This document shows positions 55,790-64,000 of a stretch of 64,000 nt of DNA, piece after piece. The stretch spans positions 14,301,579 through 14,365,578 of the forward strand of contig NC_043026.1 of the NCBI RefSeq assembly GCF_006345805.1. The letters run 5' to 3'. The notes beneath the pieces are model-generated. The model was not told the DNA's origin. It saw only the letters and a list, made by a program, of their open reading frames with translations, and did no database searches. The stretch's first letter is position 1. Each line of letters opens with the position of its first letter. The translations under genes and the position numbers were made by a program. This DNA is from Octopus sinensis. Taxonomy: Eukaryota.

Positions 55790-58640
55790 AACAAATGAAA
55801 TCTGTGTCAGTCAGCATTCAAGCATGAAAGAGAAGATAAGAAAGGAATGTTACAATAGAGTTTGAACAGTCTAAAAATCTGAGTTAAATCCATGTAACGA
55901 AGGAGTTAGTCATAAAATACTTAGCAGTTCATGTTGTCTGTTTATAGTGGAGGCGCAATGGCCCAGTGGTTAGGGCAGCGGACTCGCGGTCATAGGATCG
56001 CGGCTTCGATTCCCAGACCGGGCGTTGTGAGTGTTTATTGAGCGAAAACACCTAAAAGCTCCATGAGGCTCCGGCAGGGGATGGTGGTGATCCCTGCTGT
56101 ACTCTTTCACCACAACTTTCTCTCACTCTTACTTCCTGTTTCTGTTGTACCTGTATTTCAAAGGGCCGGCCTTGTCACTCTCTGTGTCACGCTGAATATC
56201 CCCGAGAACTACGTTAAGGGTGCACGTGTCTGTGGAGTGCTCAGCCACTTACACGTTAATTTCATGAGCAGGCTGTTCCGTTGATTTGGATCAACCGGAA
56301 CCCTCATCGTCGTAACCGACTGAGTGCTTCCATCCGAGGCTCCAGCAGGGGATGGTGGTGATCCCTGCTGTACTCTTTCACCACAACTTTCTCTCACTCT
56401 TACTTCCTGTTTCTGTTGTACCTGTATTTCAAAGGGCCGGCCTTGTCACTCTCTGCGTCACGCTGAATATCCCCGAGAACTACGTTAAGGGTACACGTGT
56501 CTGTGGAGTGCTCAGCCACTTACACGTTAATTTCATGAGCAGGCTGTTCCATTGATTCGGATCAACCGGAACCCTCATCGTCGTAACCGACGGAGTGCTT
56601 CCAAAAAGAGGTGTATAGTTTGAATGTGTTGAACTGGAATATCAGTGAAATAAGAAAAATTGAGAGGCAAATCCATAAGCTGCTGGCTTGCAATAAGATG
56701 CACTATCTAAAGGCAGATGGATGGAAGCACTCAGTCGGTTACGAAGACGAGGGTTCCGGCTGATCTGATCAACGGAACAGCCTGCTCGTGAAATTAACGT
56801 GTAAGTGGCTGAGCACTCCACAGACACATGTACCCTTAACGTAGTTCTCGGGGATATTCAGCATGACACAGAGAGTGACAAGGCTGGCCCTTTGAAATAT
56901 AGGTACAACAGAAACAGGAAGTAAGAGTGAGAGAAAGTTGTGGTGAAAGAGTACAGCAGGGATCACCACCATCCCCTGCCGGAGCCTCGTGGAGCTTTTA
57001 GGTGTTTTCGCTCAATAAACACTCACAACGCCCGGTCTGGGAATCGAAACCGTGATCCTACGACCTATTTCTTTACTACCCACAAGGGGCTAAACACAGA
57101 GGGGACAAACAAGGACAGACATAGGTATTAAGTCGATTACATCGACCCCAGTGCGTAACTGGTACTTAATTTATCAACTCCGAAAGGATGAAAGGCAAAG
57201 TTGACCTCAGCGGAATTTGAACTCACAACGTAACGGCAGACGAAATACCGCTAAGCATTTCGCCTGGCGTGCTAACGTTTCTGCCAGCTCGCCTCCTACG
57301 ACTGCGAGTCTGCTGCCCTAACCACTGGGCCATTGCGCCTCCACCTAAAGGCAGATACCTTCCTAGAGACCAAGGAGGTCAAGGCTTGAAAAACGCCGCC
57401 GCCGTGGTGATCTCATTCTCGCCCACAACATCATAAGCGGGAAGTGTAACCTCTCGAAAGAGCTGTTCTTCACTCCTGCTCCGGAGCGTCGGCTGCTGGG
57501 TCATTCCGAAAAGCTCTACCTACAACGATTTCATCTCAATCGAAGGAGAGGAGCTTTCTCCGTCCGGGTTGCGGATCCGTGGAACAAGCTGCCAGACGAG
57601 ATGGTGAAGATGCCGACGACCGCTTTGTTCAAAGCCTCCCTGGACCTCAAGTGGCCTGAACTCTTTACATGAACACCACCCTGTACTTAACTCCATGTCC
57701 CCCTACATGGCCTTGCTATTTGCTTTTGAGCCAAATTAACTAACTAACTAACAATTTGAAATCTGTTATAAAACCACCTCAACTGAACTGGTCAAATATC
57801 TTGAAACATCTAATAACTGGATGCTTTACCTTGCTGAAAACCACATAAGAAGGTTCGTTCTGTCATGAAGGAGAGCAAAAAATTTGCTAGTGAGTTCACG
57901 AACTGCATAATGGAAGGGCAGCAACTGTTGTTGCAAAGAAGGTGAAATCAATGGCAAAACGATATAGGCGCAGGAGTGGCTGTGTGGTAAGTAGCTTGCT
58001 AACCAACCACATGGTTCTGGGTTCAGTCCCACTGCGTGGCATCTTGGGCAAGTGTCTTCTGCTATAGCCCCGGGCCGACCAATGCCTTGTGAGTGGATTT
58101 GGTAGACGGAAACTGAAAGAAGCCTGTCGTATATATGTATATATATATATGTGTGTATGTGTGTGTGTTTGTGTGTCTGTGTTTGTACCCCTAGCATTGC
58201 TTGACTGCTGGTGTGTTTACGTCCCCGTCACTTAGCGGTTCGGCAAAAAGAGACCCGATAGAATAAGTACTGGGCTTACAAAAAGAATAAGTCCCGGGGT
58301 CGAGTTGCTCGACTAAAGGCGGTGCTCCAGCATGGCCGCAGTCAAATGACTGAAACAAGTAAAAGAGTAAAGAGTAAAAGAGTAAAACAAAAAGCGTTTG
58401 AACAATTGGGTGATAGATGAGAACACAAACCCCTGCATGGCAAATATGAGGCCTGTGCAAACAAGCTGATGTAGGCCAGAAGCACACCCATTAGTGGCTT
58501 TGGACCTCAGGGCTAAAGGCAGAGGGCAATGGCTTTATCTTAGCTGTTCAAAATCGGAGCTTACTGACCCAGAACTACCAAGCTGATGCGATGAAAAATG
58601 GAGCGGACCCAAAGGGACAATACTGCAATGACAAGTGTGG
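55790..58640 (+). mobile_element. R4/Dong-clade LINE relic fragmented by nested insertions
   Basis: Collinear pieces MKEKIRKECYNRV / YSLNVLNWNISEIRKIERQIHKLL..KMHYLKAD / YLPRDQGGQGL / QFEICYKTT..VKYLETS / KPLHGKY..WLWTSGLKAE..FILAVQNRSLLTQNY. Confidence 0.75.
57385..57752 (+). mobile_element. CR1-clade LINE 3' end, second family, (TAAC)n tail
   Basis: LEKRRRRGDLILAHNIISG...FSVRVADPWNKLPDEMVKMPTTALFKASLD. Confidence 0.85.
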
Positions 58641-59639
58641 GACTTCCTTCTTCAGCAAAGGCCAGTCACACATGAACGCTCACAGAAAAGGGGATTACAC
58701 TGGTAGTGCTCCAGTATGGCCATAACCTTTCGGTTGAAACATATAAAAGAAAAAACAAGGAAAGAATATACATAATATATATCATATTTTATATGTGTGT
58801 GCATGTAATATATGTATATGTATGTGTGTATTATATATATTAATGTATATATTATGTTATAGATATGTGTGTATGTGTATAATATTATATAATTTTTATA
58901 GAAGTCAGCCATCCTACCTACCCATACAAACATGGAAGACAGACTTTACATGATTATATATATATATATATATGTGTGTGTGTATATATACATATATATA
59001 TATACACACATATATATATATGTATATACATATATACATATATATATACATATGTATATACATATATATACACATATATGTAAAAACACACACACACATA
59101 TATATATACACACACACACACACATATATATGTATATGTGTGTGTGTGTGTGTATGTTTGTGTGTCTGTGTTTGTCTCCCCACCATCGCTTGACAACCGA
59201 TGCTGGTATGTTTACGTCCCCGTTACTAAGCGGTTCGGCAAAAGAGACTGATAGAATAAGTACTGGGCTTACAAGGAATAAGTCCTGGGATCGATTTGTT
59301 CGATTAAAGGCGGTGCTCCAGCATGGCCGCAGTCAAACGACTGAAACAAGTAAAAGAGTAAAGAGAGAGTTTATGCGCACACACACACACACACACACAT
59401 TACTACAGATATCAACTTTTGGTGGTGCAGTGGTTTTGGTGCATTGGTGGTGATGGTTGTTGTGGTGGTGGTAGTGCAATGGTGATCCTCTTTCTCTACA
59501 CACCCTTCTCTGCCTCTTCCTCCTCCTCCTGCTTCTCTTCCTGTCTTCGCCACATCAAAGCATTCCTCCCCCCTTCCCTCTCCCGTTGGTGAAGAGAAGT
59601 CAGGTGACTCACCCAGGTATGTGTCATAACATGTCAGCA

Positions 59640-60073
59640 ATACCGATAAAGCATCACACGTACACACACACATACACACACGTTTACATACATAATCATT
59701 CATGCGTACATACATTCAAAGATATACATATGTACACACATACACACACACATGTATATATACAAAGATTGATATGCGTACATATGGATATATAACCATA
59801 TCTATACACATACATAAATGCATGTAAACATATACACATACACAGTACATAGACACACACACACACACACACACACCACACACACACACACACATATACA
59901 AAGATAATTATTGATGCATACATACATTCAAAGATATACATATGTACACTCATACACACACACATGTATATATACAAAGATTGATATGCGTACATATGGA
60001 TATATAACCATATCTATACACATACATAAATGCATGTAAACATATACACATACACAGTACATAGACACACACA

Positions 60074-60112
<39 letters not shown>

Positions 60113-60180
60113 TTTACAAAGATAATTATTGATGCATACATGCATTCATAGATATACATATATACACACATACAAATTCA
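59640..60180. repeat. 212-bp tandem duplication (~2.5 units) of CA/TA-rich sequence
   Basis: ORFs 59716 and 59928 repeat with a 212-bp offset. Confidence 0.8.
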
Positions 60181-60346
60181 CACATACTTATATATAGATG
60201 GATATACGTATGCAAACGCATGTATACATACATATGGATATATGGACATATCTACATACATACATGCAAACATATACGAATAAATAGCCACACAAGTACA
60301 CATGCATATGTATGCATGTAAAGCAAGCATGCACACACACATACAC

Positions 60347-60386
<40 letters not shown>

Positions 60387-62199
60387 GCATAAATTTTGCC
60401 TTTCACTGATTTATACTATCACACACACACAGAGCCTCATATATGAATGCATAAACATACAAAGAGACACACAGTTTTCTGATATATATATTTCTTTTAT
60501 TGCCCACAAGGGGCTAAACACAGAGGGGACAAACAAGGACAGACAAAGAGATTAAGTCGATTACATCGACCCCAGTGCGAAACTGGTACTTTATTTATCG
60601 ACCCCGAAAGGATGAAAGGCAAAGTCGACCTCGGCGGAATTTGAACTCAGAACGTAAAGACAGACGAAATACATATTTCTTTATTACCCACAAGGGGCTA
60701 AACACAGAGGGAACAAACAAGGACAGACAAAGGGGTTAAGTCGATTACATTGACCCCAGTGCGAAACTGGTACTTATTTAATCGACCCTGAAAGGATGAA
60801 AGGCAAAGTCGACCTCGGTGGAATTTGAACTCAGAACGTAAAGACAGACGAAATTCTTATTTCTTTACTACCCACAAGGGGTTAAACACAGAGGGGACAA
60901 ACAAGGACAGACAAAGGGGTTAAGTCGATTACTTCGACCCCAGTGCGAAACGGGTACTTTATTTATCGACCCCGAAAGGATGAAAGGCAAAGTCGACCTC
61001 GGCGGAATTTGAACTCAGAACGTAAAGACAGACGAAATACATATTTCTTTATTACCCACAAGGGGCTAAACACAGAGGGAACAAACAAGGACAGACAAAG
61101 GGGTTAAGTCGATTACTTCGACCCCAGTGCGAAACGGGTACTTTATTTATCGACCCCGGCGGAATTTGAACTCAGAATGTAACGACAGACGAAATACCAC
61201 TAAGCATTTCGCCCGGCATGCTAACGACTCTGCCAGCTCACCACCTTTAGTTTTCTGATATATAGTAATGCAATCATGTACACACAGACACATATACAAC
61301 TGTTATATCTAAAAACAAATGCACACACATACTGAATATTATGACACACATATACACAACATTATCATACACACACACACACACAGAGCATTGTCATGCA
61401 TACCATTACACAACACACTGTACATTATCATGTATGCATGCACACACACATACTGCTCATATGTAAATGGGGACACACAGACACACACACCACACACACA
61501 GACTGTGGCTGTGCTGGGACAGCACCTTCAAGAATATCTTTAGTTGAATGAATCAACTCTTTTACTCTTATTTGTTTCAGTCATTTGACTATGGCCATGC
61601 TGGAGCACTGCCTTTAGTTGAGCAAATCAACTCCAGGTCTTATTCTTTGTAAGCCTAGTACTTATTCTATTGGTCTCTTTTGCCGAACCGCTAAGTTACG
61701 GGGACGTAAACACACCAGCATCGGTTGTCAAGCGATGTTGGGGGGACAAACACAGACACACAAACACACACACACACATATATATATATTTTTATGTTTT
61801 TTGATTTATTATTAGTGTTGCTTAATATGTTTTGCTAAAATTGCTCTTTTACTTATTTCAGTCATTTGACTGCGGCCGTGCAGGAGCACCGCCTTTAATC
61901 GGCCCCGGAACTTATTCTTTGTAAGCCCAGTACTTATTCTATCGGTCTGTTTTGCCGAAAACACTAAGTAATGGGGACATAAACACACCAGCATCGGTTG
62001 TCAAGCAATGCTAGGGGGACAAACACACATGCACACATATATATATATATACATATATATATACGACAGGCTTCTTTCAGTTTCTGTCTACCAAATCCAC
62101 TCACAAGGCTTTAGTCGGCCCGAGGCTATAGTAGAAAACACTTGCCCAAGGTGCCACGCAGTGGGACTGAACCTGGAACCATGTGGTTGGTATCAGATA

Positions 62200-62455
62200 T
62201 CATCAGGAAAAGGTAACTAAAATTCATTAAATGACAGATCTATTGGACTTTCAAAGAGGCCAAATTGTTGGTGCTCATATGGCAGGTGCTAGCATAACGA
62301 AAACAGCTGAAACGTTTGGCATATCAAGAAGTACTGTCTCAAAAGTAATGACAGCCTTTGAGAAAGAGGGAAAAACCTCCTTGTTGAAACAAAACTCTGG
62401 AATAAAACCAAAACTTTCAGATAGGGACTGCTGGACTCTTATGTGAATCGTTAGA
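62200..62455 (+). mobile_element. Tc1-family transposase N-terminal (paired-like HTH) fragment
   Basis: ORF 62231..62446 MTDLLDFQRGQIVGAHMAGASITKTAETFGISRSTVSKVMTAFEKEGKT...NSGIKPKLSDRD; premature stop. Confidence 0.85.
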
Positions 62456-63356
62456 ATTCTCACTGTTACTTCTCATCCAAAAAACCAACACAAAAGCACT
62501 GCTAATTGTTCATGAGTGTTGTTAATCATTTCAGCACACAACCCCTAGACAGACTTTTTGTTTTCCACCAAAAGGCAGTTACACAAATGACCCCTTCACA
62601 ACACAAAGAATTAAGCAAAATAACTTTGTTGTTATTAGGCAATTATTCAGAACACAAATTAACAGGAAATTTTATAAGGAAGTTTTAATTAAGATCGCTT
62701 TAACCTTTTAGTGTTTAAACTGGTCAAATCCGGCCCAATATATTCTACATGTTTTATATTCAAACTGGCAATATCTAGCCTCTCACACCTAACCTACAAT
62801 GCCATTCTAAAAATAAACAATCACATCATTGAAACCTCAAAGCTGTAAGATAATCCAGGATTAATCCAAAACAATTTGAGAGAAAAAGTATTACATTTAA
62901 CAGAGTAATCTGAACCTTAAAGGGTTAAAACAGGAAGTTTGTACCATAGTCTCTGGTAGTTTGATATCAAAAGGGTTACATTATAAACAGAAGTTGGGAA
63001 GAAAATTAAATTTGAAGTTGGCTTATTTGGTGAAAAAATGCTAATTTCTTTTATTTCTGCCACTTTAGATTTAACGATTTGTATAGTATACTTTTTAATT
63101 ACAGTGTCATTGCTTCTTGTGTCTGTTCATAATTAGTTCATAATTAACTGAAATATCATCGTTATGTGCTATCAACTCATAAGTGACATAACATTGTTAC
63201 GAAATGTATTGTTGTTGGTTGAACTTTAATGTTAAAAGCCTATATACACTCATACTCACTGAGTTCTGGAAGCACTGCAGTATGTGTATAGATAAGTACA
63301 ATAGGGCTCTTCACCCAATTTCCTTCCTCTTAAAGAAATCCCCATCATCTTTTACA

Positions 63357-64000
63357 GATCTTTTCGGTTTGAACGGCAGTTTTTAACATAATTTCTAGGT
63401 AACTAAGAAATTTTAAACTTCATATACTGGTAGAATGTGTTTATAAAACATCTTTTTCTCTTGGCTTTATTGAGAAAATTCTATAGTTTGTAAGATATGG
63501 ATCTTTTCGCTTTGAACGGCAGTTTTTAATATAATTTCTAGGTAACTAAGAAATTTTAAACTTCGTATACTGGTAGAATGTGTTTATAAAACATCTTTTT
63601 CTCTTGGCTTTATTGAGAAAATTCTATAGTTTGCAAGATATGGATCTTTTCGGTTTGAACGGCAGTTTTTAACATAATTTCTAGGTAACTAAAAAATGTT
63701 AAACTTCGTATACTGGTAGAATGTGTTTATAAAACATCTTTTTCTCTTGGCTTTATTGAGAAAATTCTATAGTTGTTTGCAAGATATGGATCTTTTCGGT
63801 TGAACGGCAGTTTTTAACATAATTTCTAGGTAACTAAAAAATGTTAAACTTCGTTTATACTGGTAGAATGTGTTTATAAAACATCTTTTTCTCTTGGCTT
63901 TATTGAGAAAATTCTATAGTTTGCAAGATATGGATCTTTTCGGTTTGAACGGCAGTTTTTAACATAATTTCCACGTAACTAAACACTTTTAAACTTTGTA
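63357..64000. repeat. Second ~143-bp tandem array of the GGATCTTTTCGG MITE, running off the window end
   Basis: About 4.5 units, reverse orientation relative to 35690-36688. Confidence 0.9.

Noticed and set aside
55946-56025. tRNA-Arg-like gene (also 2045-2113, 3911-3985, 5198-5270, 5522-5595)
   Set aside because: SINE heads: they run into SINE bodies and lack a proper acceptor stem and terminator.

Overview
Eukaryotic, AT-rich, repeat-dense genomic DNA. The SINE families, (AT)n/(CA)n microsatellite load and LINE types point to an octopus/coleoid cephalopod (inference, not database-checked). The only host gene I can support is a minus-strand orthologue of MCC (colorectal mutant cancer protein, MCC/USHBP1 family). 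Thirteen GT-AG coding exons between 43882 and 6230 join with matching phases into 2562 nt (853 aa + stop). The protein has both MCC-family coiled-coil motifs and the C-terminal PDZ-binding motif NETSL; the N-terminal exon(s) were not found with confidence. The rest is intronic or flanking repeat: at least five SINE families (often head-less tandem concatemers), CR1, RTE-type and R4/Dong-type LINE relics, Helitron, Tc1/mariner and piggyBac-type MITEs, Penelope-like remnants, and satellites of about 55, 61, 105, 143, 181 and 337 bp. The most notable unannotated signal is a set of type I hammerhead ribozyme motifs of the Penelope-like (palindromic stem III) kind. One is fully canonical (49407-49492, + strand, antisense to MCC) and one nearly so (3404-3466, +). 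Every copy found on the MCC-transcribed strand carries a single substitution in an invariant catalytic nucleotide. A perfect 104-bp-arm palindrome sits about 540 bp from an MCC exon. No CRISPR array, rRNA or genuine tRNA gene was seen. Exon and ribozyme coordinates were counted base by base; repeat boundaries are approximate.
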